DNA of 64,000 bases, taken from the NCBI GenBank assembly GCA_964569795.1, contig CAZMVB010000001.1, positions 195,233 to 259,232 on the forward strand, read 5' to 3'. Positions 41,434 through 50,372 of the stretch are shown here, piece after piece. The translations under genes and the position numbers were made by a program. The notes below the pieces were generated by a model. It was not told the origin of the DNA. It did not search any database and saw only the letters and a list, made by a program, of their open reading frames with translations. Every line of letters starts with the position of its first letter. Positions within the stretch are counted from its first letter, which is position 1. This stretch comes from an uncultured Desulfarculales bacterium (lineage in GTDB: Bacteria > Desulfobacterota > Desulfarculia > Desulfarculales > JAHJDS01).

Positions 41434-42157
41434 GGACTTGAAAAAAAGCTTCGGCGGAGTTCAGGCCGTGGCCGGGGTGACCTTTGACGTCGCGGTCGGG
41501 GAGCATCTGGTGATCATCGGCCCCAACGGGGCCGGCAAGACCACGCTCCTGAATCTGATCAACGGCCAGTGGACCCCTTCCGGGGGACGGATCGAATTCT
41601 TCGGCCGGGACGTCACCCGGATGTCCACCCATCGCCGCTCTCACCTGGGCATGGCCCGGGCCTTTCAGACGATCAGCCTCCTGGCCAACCTTTCGCTTCT
41701 GGAAAACGTCCTGCTGACCCTGTATGGAACCACGCCTTACCGGTTCCGGATGTTCATGCGGATGGAGGGGTTCGCCGACATCGTCGAATCGGCCCGGCGG
41801 ATCCTGTCCTCGCTGGACCTGTGGGCCCGACGGGACGAGCCCCTCAACAGCATTTCCTACGGCGAACAACGTCGCCTGGAGATCAGCCTGGGGCTGGCCC
41901 TGGAACCGAAAATGCTGCTCTTGGACGAGCCCAGCGCCGGCCTGACCAAGGAGGAGAGTCAGGTCGTGGTGGACATCATCCGGAACCTGGCCGAGGACCA
42001 GACGTTGCTGATCGTGGACCATGACATGGAACTGGTCTTCGAGGTCGCCTCGCGGATCATCGTCCTGCACCAGGGGCTGGTCATCGCCGACGGACCGCCG
42101 GGCGAAATCCAGAACGACCAGCGGGTCAGGGAAGTCTATATGGGCGTGGACGAGTGA
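41414..42157 (+). CDS. livG: ABC transporter ATP-binding protein (LivG-type)
   Basis: Walker A GPNGAGKTT, signature YGEQRRLEI, Walker B LLLLDEPSAG. It overlaps the livM end. Confidence 0.9.
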   Translation: MEALRVEDLKKSFGGVQAVAGVTFDVAVGEHLVIIGPNGAGKTTLLNLINGQWTPSGGRIEFFGRDVTRMSTHRRSHLGMARAFQTISLLANLSLLENVLLTLYGTTPYRFRMFMRMEGFADIVESARRILSSLDLWARRDEPLNSISYGEQRRLEISLGLALEPKMLLLDEPSAGLTKEESQVVVDIIRNLAEDQTLLIVDHDMELVFEVASRIIVLHQGLVIADGPPGEIQNDQRVREVYMGVDE

Positions 42158-42164
42158 GGCGGCC

Positions 42165-42854
42165 ATGCTGCACCTGAAGGACCTACACACCTATTACGGC
42201 GATACCCACGTCCTCCAGGGCCTGTCCCTGGACGTCGGGCCGGGGGCGGTGGTCGCCCTGTTGGGCCGTAACGGCATGGGCAAGACGACCACCATCCGGT
42301 CCATCCTTGGCCTGACCCCGCCCCGCAGCGGTTCGATCCGCTTCCAGGACCAGGAACTGACCCGCCTTAAGAGCCACCAGGTCGCCAGGCTGGGCATCGG
42401 CCTGGTGCCCCAGGGCCGCAACATCTTTCCGTCGCTTAGCGTCCGGGAAAACCTGACCGTGGCCGCCCGGAGTTCGGGCTGGAACCTGGACCAGGTTTAC
42501 CAGCACTTTCCCATCCTGCGGGATCGGGCCGGTCTCAAAGGGAACCTGCTCAGCGGCGGCGAGCAGCAGATGCTGGCCATCGCCCGGGCCTTGATGACCA
42601 ACCCGGATCTGATGCTCATGGACGAGCCGTCCGAGGGCCTGGCGCCGATGATCGTTCGCCTGATCGGCGACATCATCATTCAATTGAAGGAAACCGGAAT
42701 CTCGCTGCTACTGGTCGAACAGAACTATCCCCTGGCCCGGCGCGTGGCAGACTACGTCTATGTCATCGCCAAGGGAGAGATCGTCTATCATGCCCCGATG
42801 GGCGACCTGGATGAAAACGAAGAGATCAAGGTCAAATACTTGTGTGCCACTTGA
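42165..42854 (+). CDS. livF: ABC transporter ATP-binding protein (LivF-type)
   Basis: Walker A GRNGMGKTT, signature LSGGEQQMLAI, Walker B LMLMDEPSEG. The ATG at 42165 was chosen (MLHLKDLHTYYG). Confidence 0.9.
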   Translation: MLHLKDLHTYYGDTHVLQGLSLDVGPGAVVALLGRNGMGKTTTIRSILGLTPPRSGSIRFQDQELTRLKSHQVARLGIGLVPQGRNIFPSLSVRENLTVAARSSGWNLDQVYQHFPILRDRAGLKGNLLSGGEQQMLAIARALMTNPDLMLMDEPSEGLAPMIVRLIGDIIIQLKETGISLLLVEQNYPLARRVADYVYVIAKGEIVYHAPMGDLDENEEIKVKYLCAT

Positions 42855-43559
42855 GGTCATATTGGAGAAAGTAGGGGCGGTCGCCGTCACCGTGTCCATT
42901 CCAGGCCAAGGGCGAATCAAAGTATGATCCCCGTTACCCGCATTGCTGGCCAAAATTGCATGAGCAGAGATATCGCTCAGGACCAGACCCTCCTGCCGGC
43001 TTCCCCTTGTCCAGATATGGTCGGCTTGTATGGCTCGGCCTTGATTGGTGCCACAAAAAGGCCGTTCGTCAATCCAGTGGACCAATATCTTGACATTCGG
43101 CCAGCCGGCTGAAGTCAACATAGATTGGTCACACCTCGCCACACACCCTGGATTCAGTAAGTCCTTCCACGGCCGGCCCGATGCTTCCCAAAAGCGCAAT
43201 GCCAGGGCCCGCCCTTGACCTGAGCCAGGGTGGCGGAGACAAGGCCCGGGAGGGTGATCGGCCGGGCTCAGTCGAACGTCAACGGTTCGGCCTCGTCCGG
43301 TACTTCGTCTGGCAGGGAAACCGGGATGGCCAGGTTCTCGACGATCTTGTCGGTCGTTTCCGGGGGCAATCGTTTTTCGGCCCTGGATAATCGAATCCGG
43401 AGGGGGGCGACGCCTGGCAAATTCCGGGTGGAGCGGTCCGTGGTGGCCTCCTCTAATTCCGGGGAGGGGACTTGAAAACGGTTCCCCGCGAACCCAATTT
43501 TCAGAAAACACATCCAACCCCGGCGTCGGATCGCGGCCGGTTTGGACCTGGGAGCGTAC

Positions 43560-44807
43560 ATGTCTTCCGTCCCTCACGAGCCTGACGCGCCCGAATCCCA
43601 GGCACCGGAGGTCGCTTTCCGGACCCTGTTCATCGTCCTGGCCATTGCCGTGGCCGTGTCCAACCTGGGGGCCGGATTCATCTCGCCCCTGCTGCCGGTG
43701 TACGCCCAGATGATGGGCGCCGGGGGCTTTCTGATCGGGCTGATATTTTCGTCCTTTTCCGTGGCCCGGGTGATCTTCATGCCCCTGGCCGGGGCCGCCT
43801 CAGACCGCTGGGGGCGCAAGACCTTCATCATGGCCGGCCTGTTCTTTTATGCCCTGTGTTCGGTCGGTTACATCTTCGCCCAGGAGGCCTGGCTCCTGGT
43901 GGGCATTCGGTTTTTCCAGGGGATGGCCTCGGCCCTGGTCTTCCCCATCGCCATGGCCGCCGTGGCCGACCTGACCCCCGTGGAAAAGGCGGGCACCGTG
44001 GTCGGGTCCTTCAACGCCCCGGTCTATATCGGCCTGGGATTTGGTCCGTTGCTGGGCGGGATCATGGCCGACTGGATCAGCATCGAGGTCAATTTCTGGG
44101 CCATGGGCGTGTTGAGCCTGTCCGCCCTGCTGGTCGTGGCGATCCTGATGCCCCGGATCGGCCGGCGCAAGAAAAAGAGCCCGGTCCGGATCAAATCGTG
44201 GGCCATGCTGGCCGACGGCACCTTTCGGGCGGTCTTTGCCCTGCGCTTTGCCCAGTCCGTGGGCCTGGGGGTGATGACCGCCTTCCTGCCGCTGTTGGGG
44301 CATATGATCGGACTGTCCATGGCCGTTCTGGGCATCGGCCTGGCGGTCAAGATCCTGACGGCGGCCCTGCTGATGCGCCCCCTGGGCAAGCTGGCCGACC
44401 GCTACAACCGGGTGATTCTGTGCGCTGTCGGGTCGTCCCTGTGCATGATGTCCTTGTTGGCGGCGACGATCATCGACGAGGTGATCGGTTTCTTCGCGGT
44501 CTGCCTGATGTGGGGCACGGCCAGCGCCCTGAGCGTGCCGGCCATGACCACCCTGGTCATCGCCCGGGGCAAGATGCTCGAGGCCGGCATGGGCCGGGCC
44601 ATGGGCCTGTTCAACCTGGCCCTGTCAGCCGGTTTCGCCACCGGGCCCATCACCCTGGGCGGCTTCTACGATCTGATGAAGCCCGACGGCGCCTTCCTGG
44701 CCGCGGCCGGGGTGCTGCTAACCGGGATCGTCGTCTTCCTGAGCCAGGTCAAGCGGCTCCAGGTGGTGGCCCGGCCGGCCCCTTCGGCGGTTTCGGGTCC
44801 GGCCTGA
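43560..44807 (+). CDS. MFS transporter
   Basis: About 12 TM segments. The MFS motif A-like segment is PLAGAASDRWGRK, between TM2 and TM3. Confidence 0.85.
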   Translation: MSSVPHEPDAPESQAPEVAFRTLFIVLAIAVAVSNLGAGFISPLLPVYAQMMGAGGFLIGLIFSSFSVARVIFMPLAGAASDRWGRKTFIMAGLFFYALCSVGYIFAQEAWLLVGIRFFQGMASALVFPIAMAAVADLTPVEKAGTVVGSFNAPVYIGLGFGPLLGGIMADWISIEVNFWAMGVLSLSALLVVAILMPRIGRRKKKSPVRIKSWAMLADGTFRAVFALRFAQSVGLGVMTAFLPLLGHMIGLSMAVLGIGLAVKILTAALLMRPLGKLADRYNRVILCAVGSSLCMMSLLAATIIDEVIGFFAVCLMWGTASALSVPAMTTLVIARGKMLEAGMGRAMGLFNLALSAGFATGPITLGGFYDLMKPDGAFLAAAGVLLTGIVVFLSQVKRLQVVARPAPSAVSGPA

Positions 44808-46290
44808 GGCCGCGGCCGGTCGGCTCCCGGTCCGGGCCCCGGGCCGAGCCGTCGCGCCGGGGATCGGCCACGCCGATGAACTCGTCCCTCTCCAGAAGGA
44901 CCAGTTGCACGCAACCCAGGTAAAAGGAATAAGGCCCGCGCCTCACCACCCTGAAGCCGCGCCGAGCAAGTTCCAGGGGCACCTCTGGTCTCATCCGCGA
45001 GGCCTCCAGGCTGACCCGCCCCTCGACCGAGCAGTGGAGCCGGGGCGCGCTGACCGCCTCCAGGGGCGGCTGGCTTGCCAGACGCAGCATCACCTGGACC
45101 ATGGCCGGGGCGATCCGGGAACTGCCCGGCGAGCCGATGACCAGCCAGGGTTTTTTGTCACGCAAGACGATGGTCGGGGCCACCTGGGACCAGGGCAGGG
45201 CCCCGGGCCGCAGGTAGTGGGGGTGGTTCTCGTCGTCGTACTCGAAGGAGCCCATGTAGTTGTTGTAAAGAAAACCCAGGTCGGGACACATCGTCCGGGC
45301 GCCGAAGGCCCGTTCCACGGACTGGGTCAGGGACACGGCGTTTCCGAAGACGTCCATGATTGACAGGTGGGTGGTGTGGCCGCCGCCCAGGGCCCGCCGG
45401 CGATCGCTGGGCAGATCGTCGCGTTCGAGCAGGGTTTGGCGGATGGTCTGGGCCAGGCGGACCGCGCCGGCCGGGTCGTCCGGGTCGCACGGGTCGTCCG
45501 TGGCATAGCCCAGCCGGTCCAGCATTCTTAAGAGGGCCTCGCCCGCCCCGGGCGGGCCGTCACTGAAGACCTCCCGGTCGCCGAACCTTCCCGTCACCGG
45601 CGCCCTTGATTCGGGCCAGGGAATCCGGGCCAGGTCAGAGGCCTGGATCAGACCACCGTGGTCGGCCATGTCCCGGCAGATCAGCCGGGCGATTTCGCCC
45701 TGGTAGAAGTCCTCGATCCCCTGCCCGGCCAGGCGTCTGAGCGTTTCGGCCAGGGCCGGCTGCCGAATGATCATCCCGGGCGCGGGGGGTAAGGCCCCGT
45801 CTTTCAGGAAGACCTCCCCGGCCGGGCCGCCCCGCAGCCGGTGACACCACTTTTTGAGTCGGGAGGCCTGGAGGGGACTTACCGGAAAACCCTCCCCGGC
45901 CAGGGCCACGGCCGGCGCGATAAGTTCGGCCAGGGGCCGGGTGCCCAGCCGCCGCCGGGCGTATTCCAGGACGGCCGGGGTGGTGGGCACGGTCGAGGCC
46001 CGGTGGCCGTTGAACCGCTTCTCGGGGTTCGGCCGATGGCCCAGGGCCCGGGCCGGAGGCCGGGAGGTGCCGTCCAGGACAAAGACCCGGTCCTGGTTGG
46101 CCTGGTAAACGGTCATCACTGTTTGCCCGCCCAGGCCCGAGGCCGACGGCTCGCAGACGCTCAGGGCAAAGGCCGCCGCCACGGCGGCGTCAATGGCGTT
46201 GCCCCCGGTGGCGAGGATGCGGGCGGCCGGGTCGGTGGCCAGGTCGCGGGCCGTGGAGACCATGCCCCAGGGCGAGGCGGCCTGCCGCAT
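44749..46290 (-). CDS. ggt: Gamma-glutamyltranspeptidase-family Ntn hydrolase, no signal peptide
   Basis: GGNAIDAAVAAAFALSVCEP, the autoprocessing/nucleophile context GGGHTTHLSIMD, and GSPGSSRI. The ATG at 46290 was preferred; the track ORF starts at a GTG at 46341, which would overlap the upstream gene. The 3' end overlaps the convergent MFS gene by 59 nt. Confidence 0.85.
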   Translation of the reverse strand: MRQAASPWGMVSTARDLATDPAARILATGGNAIDAAVAAAFALSVCEPSASGLGGQTVMTVYQANQDRVFVLDGTSRPPARALGHRPNPEKRFNGHRASTVPTTPAVLEYARRRLGTRPLAELIAPAVALAGEGFPVSPLQASRLKKWCHRLRGGPAGEVFLKDGALPPAPGMIIRQPALAETLRRLAGQGIEDFYQGEIARLICRDMADHGGLIQASDLARIPWPESRAPVTGRFGDREVFSDGPPGAGEALLRMLDRLGYATDDPCDPDDPAGAVRLAQTIRQTLLERDDLPSDRRRALGGGHTTHLSIMDVFGNAVSLTQSVERAFGARTMCPDLGFLYNNYMGSFEYDDENHPHYLRPGALPWSQVAPTIVLRDKKPWLVIGSPGSSRIAPAMVQVMLRLASQPPLEAVSAPRLHCSVEGRVSLEASRMRPEVPLELARRGFRVVRRGPYSFYLGCVQLVLLERDEFIGVADPRRDGSARGPDREPTGRGLRPDPKPPKGPAGPPPGAA

Positions 46291-46306
46291 GGGCCCGCGG
46301 CCGCAG

Positions 46307-48493
46307 TCAGGCCCCGAGGGCCGGCGGGTCGAGGCGGGCACGTTCGTCCCTCGGCTGTCCGATTAGAAAACGGGCCAACAAAAGCGTTCGCTGGACGAGG
46401 CTGATGCGCTGGACCGCCTCCCGGGGGGTGCACAGGTCCCGGGTCATCGGTCCCAGGCCGCTCAGGGCGGGCACCCCCGATGGGGCCAGCCCGGCCACCG
46501 TGGGCCAGCGCGAGGACATGGCCTTGAGGGTCACGTCCCATTCGCCGGCCGCGGCGGCCAGGGTCCGGACCAGGTTCTGGCCGCCGGGATCGGGCATCAG
46601 GGGCGGACGGTCCGAGATCAGGTTCAGGCTGGCCCCGAGTCCGTCGGGGACGAACAGGTCCCTGATCTTGGCCTCGAGGGCCAGGGCCTTGTCCAGGTCC
46701 AGGTACGAGATCGAGATGGTGGCCACGGCCCGATGGGGCGGCGACAGGGGCAGGCTGACCGTGTGCAGGTTCGAGACGAAGACCGTCACCTCCTCGGCCG
46801 GATCGGTCAGCCCCAGGGCCTCGTCGAGCCGGGCCAGCAGGCGGCGGATCAGGCGCGGTCTCTCCCGGGGAGGTCCGGTGGGCACCTCCCGGGCCGTGAC
46901 CTGGAGGCGGTACTGGCGCAGGCCCCGGGCCTGGTTGACCAGCCGATCCTCGCGGGTGGCGGGCCGCAGGACCAGGACCTGGCCGGCCTTGTCCATGGCC
47001 CGCCGGATCAGGTCCCGGCTGTACCGGCAGTCGGCCCCCTCATCGGCGTAGGCCAGCACCCCCAGGGGCCGGTGCCGCAGGAGCTGATGGTGCCGCAGGG
47101 CGGCCAGGGCGAACCGGACCATGGCCCAGGGCGCCCGGGCCTGGCCCACTCCGTCGCCGGACAGCCACTCTGGATCGCGCCGAAAGGCCTGCCACGGCAT
47201 GGCGGCGTCCATCGGGACGTCCAGGTGACCGACCAGCAGGGTCCCGCCTTCGAGGCCGGCCTCGGTTTGCCAGGTCCAGACCGTCTTCTGGTCCGACAAT
47301 TCGTTCACCGGCGTCAGTCCCAGGCCGACCAGCTTGTCGTCCAGTCGCTGCTGGGCCATCTGGATCCCGACCGGATCGTCGGTCCGGCTGGACAGGGCGC
47401 ACCACTTTTCGACCTCGCGCTCGAGCTGGTCCCGGTGGGCGGTGACGTGGTCGAACATTGCCCGGCTGACGTCCTGTTTTCGGCCGCCGATCCGGGGCGC
47501 GGCCGGCGTCCCGAAGTAGCGGGCCGCGGCCACCTCGATCAGGCGGTTCATCAGGGCGTTGTAGTCGAACCCCATGGCTGCGGCGGCAATGACGTAGGAC
47601 CCCCGGGGGCCGATGCTGGGCAGGCTGTTGATCTCCAGCAGGTACAACTCGCCCGAGGCGTCAAGACGCAGATCCACCCGCGCGCAATCATAGCAGCCCA
47701 GGGCCTTGAAGGCCCGCAGGGCGATGTCCCTGGCCTGGGCGGCCGTCTCCTCGGAAAGGGACGCCGGACAGACGACCCGGTTGGTCCGGCCGGACAGCCC
47801 CCTCTTGTCCTCGTAGGTATAGATGGGCGGACCGCTTTTACCGAAGATGATCTCGGCCGGCCGGAAGGTCTCGGGCGGATTGTTGCCCAGGACCCCGACG
47901 TTGATCTCCCGGCCGGCGATGAACCGCTCGACCAGGGCCGGCTGCTGAAAGGTCTCGAAGATGACGTCGGTCGCGGCCCGCAACTCGGCCTCGGTCTCGA
48001 CGATCTTGACCCCGAAGGAGACGGCCTCGTTCTTGGGCTTGGCGATCAGGGGATACTCCAGCTCCGGCGGGGGAAAGTCGGGTCCGTCCAGGACCACGAA
48101 GTCCGGGGTGGGCAGCCCGGCCTGCTTGAACAGGACCTTGGCCACGACCTTGTCCAGGGCCAGGGAGTGGGCCAGCGGCCCGGAGCCGACGTAGGGGATG
48201 CCGACCATTTCCAGGATGGACGGGACGTGGGTGTACCGGGCCTGGCCCTGGATGCCGTAGGACAGGTTGAACACCAGACCCGGCCGCTCGCCCTTGACCA
48301 CCCGGGGCATGAACTCCTCGAGCCGGTCGATCAGGTCCTTGTCCCCCTCGAAGGCGGCCACCTGGTGGCCGCCGGCCTTGAGGGCCTTGACAATGCCCCG
48401 GATCGTGTCCTCGGCGTACTTCTCCCGGTTGGGGATGCCGAAGAGGTTGATGACGTTCTGGCTTTCCCAGTTGTAAACGACCGCGATCTTCAC
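46307..48493 (-). CDS. Fusion protein: Ddl-like ATP-grasp ligase (N) + M20-family peptidase-like domain (C)
   Basis: The N-terminal ~330 aa read MKIAVVYN...LDKVVAKVLFKQAGLPTP...YPLIAKPKNEAVSFGV...ARVDLRLDASGELYLLEINSLP (ATP-grasp). The C-terminal ~390 aa read LLVGHLDVPMD...LAYADEGADC (M20-like HxD and DE motifs). GTG start. Confidence 0.8.
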   Translation of the reverse strand: MKIAVVYNWESQNVINLFGIPNREKYAEDTIRGIVKALKAGGHQVAAFEGDKDLIDRLEEFMPRVVKGERPGLVFNLSYGIQGQARYTHVPSILEMVGIPYVGSGPLAHSLALDKVVAKVLFKQAGLPTPDFVVLDGPDFPPPELEYPLIAKPKNEAVSFGVKIVETEAELRAATDVIFETFQQPALVERFIAGREINVGVLGNNPPETFRPAEIIFGKSGPPIYTYEDKRGLSGRTNRVVCPASLSEETAAQARDIALRAFKALGCYDCARVDLRLDASGELYLLEINSLPSIGPRGSYVIAAAAMGFDYNALMNRLIEVAAARYFGTPAAPRIGGRKQDVSRAMFDHVTAHRDQLEREVEKWCALSSRTDDPVGIQMAQQRLDDKLVGLGLTPVNELSDQKTVWTWQTEAGLEGGTLLVGHLDVPMDAAMPWQAFRRDPEWLSGDGVGQARAPWAMVRFALAALRHHQLLRHRPLGVLAYADEGADCRYSRDLIRRAMDKAGQVLVLRPATREDRLVNQARGLRQYRLQVTAREVPTGPPRERPRLIRRLLARLDEALGLTDPAEEVTVFVSNLHTVSLPLSPPHRAVATISISYLDLDKALALEAKIRDLFVPDGLGASLNLISDRPPLMPDPGGQNLVRTLAAAAGEWDVTLKAMSSRWPTVAGLAPSGVPALSGLGPMTRDLCTPREAVQRISLVQRTLLLARFLIGQPRDERARLDPPALGA

Positions 48494-48517
48494 CGTAATA
48501 CCTTTCGGCCAACGCCT

Positions 48518-49642
48518 TCAGCCGACAAAGGTGGAGGTCAGTCTAGCCAGGCCGATTTGATACACCGGCCGGGTGTAGTCATCCAGCCAGTAGGCCCCGG
48601 GGTTGCTCGGAAAGATCAGGAACCGCCCCCGGTCCTGGCGGCCGGGGGCCCGGTGGAACCGCATGAACACCTGGCCCTCGGCCAGGCCGACGATCTCGAT
48701 CTTTCCCCGGGCATGGGACATGACGAACCGGGCCCGCTTGGCCAGGCCCGAACACCGGGCCCGGGCCCCCTCGACGATCAAATAGGCCTCCTCCACGGGC
48801 ACGGCGTAGGTCCGGTTGCCCACCGTGGGACGGCACTGGAACACGTAGTAGGGGGCCACCCCGAGGAAGGACAGCTCGCTCCACAACCGGGCCAGGTCCT
48901 CCGGATCGTCGTTGACCCCCCGGATCAGCGGGGTCTGCTGACAGATGGCCGCCCCGGTCCGCTGGAGCAGCCCGACGGCCTCCCGTGCCGGCCGGCTCAG
49001 CTCCCGCCAGTGGTTGAACTGGATCATGAAGTACAGCCGCCTGTCTCCCCGGGAAAAACGCGCGGCCAACCCGAGCAGGGCCGGGTCGTCCAGGATCCGC
49101 CACGGATTGAAGGCCGGCATCTTGGTCCCCAGCCGGACGATTTTCACGTGATCGATGGCCATCAACTCGCCGAGGATCGACTCCAGGGCCGGCGTCGAGC
49201 GCATCAAGGCGTCTCCGCCGGTCAGCAGGACGTTGTTGACCTCGTCATGGGCGCGGATGTAGGTGATGCCCTGGCTGACGTCCTTCGAGACCTCCTCGGA
49301 TCGCTCGAAGAACAGGCGCTTGCGGAAGCAGAAGCGGCATCGGCCGCCGCACAGATCGCTGACCAGCAGGACGGCCGTGGACGGGTATTTGTGCTGGAGG
49401 CCCGGCAGGATGGTGTAACTGGCCTCCGCGGAGGGGTCGGTCTGCCCCCAGGGTTCCAGTTCGGCCGCGTCCGGGATGATGATCCGGCGAATGGGGTCGG
49501 CCGGGTCGTCCCAGTCGATCAGGGACAGATAGTAGTCGTTGGCCCCGAATTCGAATTCCCGGGCCACCGGCTCGAGAGTTTTTCGTACAGTGGCCCGCAG
49601 ACCGAGGACCTGGTCCAGCGCGGACACGTATTTCGGTGTCAT
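48518..49642 (-). CDS. Divergent KamA-family radical SAM/PLP aminomutase-like protein (substrate unknown)
   Basis: CGGRCRFC (CxxxCxxC), GGDALM and VNDD are present. It reads YYVFQCRPTVG and FVMSHARGK where lysine 2,3-aminomutases have QCD and DAPGGGGK. The ATG at 49642 lies 7-8 nt after AGGAG. Confidence 0.8.
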   Translation of the reverse strand: MTPKYVSALDQVLGLRATVRKTLEPVAREFEFGANDYYLSLIDWDDPADPIRRIIIPDAAELEPWGQTDPSAEASYTILPGLQHKYPSTAVLLVSDLCGGRCRFCFRKRLFFERSEEVSKDVSQGITYIRAHDEVNNVLLTGGDALMRSTPALESILGELMAIDHVKIVRLGTKMPAFNPWRILDDPALLGLAARFSRGDRRLYFMIQFNHWRELSRPAREAVGLLQRTGAAICQQTPLIRGVNDDPEDLARLWSELSFLGVAPYYVFQCRPTVGNRTYAVPVEEAYLIVEGARARCSGLAKRARFVMSHARGKIEIVGLAEGQVFMRFHRAPGRQDRGRFLIFPSNPGAYWLDDYTRPVYQIGLARLTSTFVG

Positions 49643-49728
49643 CGGTTTGCTCCTGAACAAAAAGAGCCTGAGATCGCTCTTGGTTGTCTTCCTGGGTCAG
49701 GTCTTGATTCACGCCGGGTGACCTCCTG

Positions 49729-50316
49729 TTAGTGTAAAAAGGGGATCCGGAAGAAGAGGAACCAGCCGTTGACCAGCAGCAGGCATCCCCCGCCGGCCAT
49801 GGCCATGGCCATGATGAAGAACCGACCCGAGGCGGCGATCATGGCGATGGAGGCCAGGATGATGGCGATCTGGAGGAAGACCTGGCTGTAGTCGAGATAG
49901 GGGTCCCGGTCCTGTCCCAGGGCCAGCAGTCTTTCCTGGGCCCGGGCGTCCTTCATGATCTTGGCCTTCTCGGCCTTGAAGCGCCCCACCTCGGCCTTCA
50001 TCCGGGCCACGCGGTCCACCAGGCGCCTTTTGGCCTCGGGGGTCATGGTCCCCCCGCGCTCGACCAGGCTCAGTTCCATCAGGCCGGTCAGCGAGGCGTA
50101 AAGGTGCTGGCGGATGGTCTTGGCCTGGTAGTAGGCCCACTGGTTCGAGGCCCTCTGCTGGGCCAGCATGATTTCCTTGGTGTTGTTGCCGCCGACCAGG
50201 GCGGCGATGGACAGCAGCACGGCAAAGACAGCCGTGGTCAGACCGACCCGCTTGGTGAACGGGCTGACGCCCTTGTCCGCGTGCCTGTCCGGTTCGGGCA
50301 GTTCCATATCGACCAT
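49729..50316 (-). CDS. DUF4337-like membrane protein
   Basis: It has a TM segment (GLTTAVFAVLLSIAALVGG), a coiled region (NQWAYYQAKTIRQ...) and a C-terminal TM pair. This matches my recollection of the DUF4337 architecture. Confidence 0.65.
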   Translation of the reverse strand: MVDMELPEPDRHADKGVSPFTKRVGLTTAVFAVLLSIAALVGGNNTKEIMLAQQRASNQWAYYQAKTIRQHLYASLTGLMELSLVERGGTMTPEAKRRLVDRVARMKAEVGRFKAEKAKIMKDARAQERLLALGQDRDPYLDYSQVFLQIAIILASIAMIAASGRFFIMAMAMAGGGCLLLVNGWFLFFRIPFLH

Positions 50317-50372
50317 GTCTCGTGTCGCTCCGAATCATCTCCGCCCGGAAACTCGTCCCGGCCGGCTGCGGT

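Noticed and set aside
42708-43577. 289-aa minus-strand ORF running from inside livF across the low-GC junction
   Set aside because: It overlaps the livF 3' end antisense, has no recognisable domain and mixes compositional regimes. It is treated as non-coding or decayed sequence (see the finding) rather than a gene.
46733-49732. 999-aa plus-strand ORF opposite the ATP-grasp::M20 and KamA-2 genes
   Set aside because: Shadow ORF with an Arg/Gly/Pro/Asp-rich translation. The minus-strand products carry specific catalytic motifs (CxxxCxxC, ATP-grasp, HxD).
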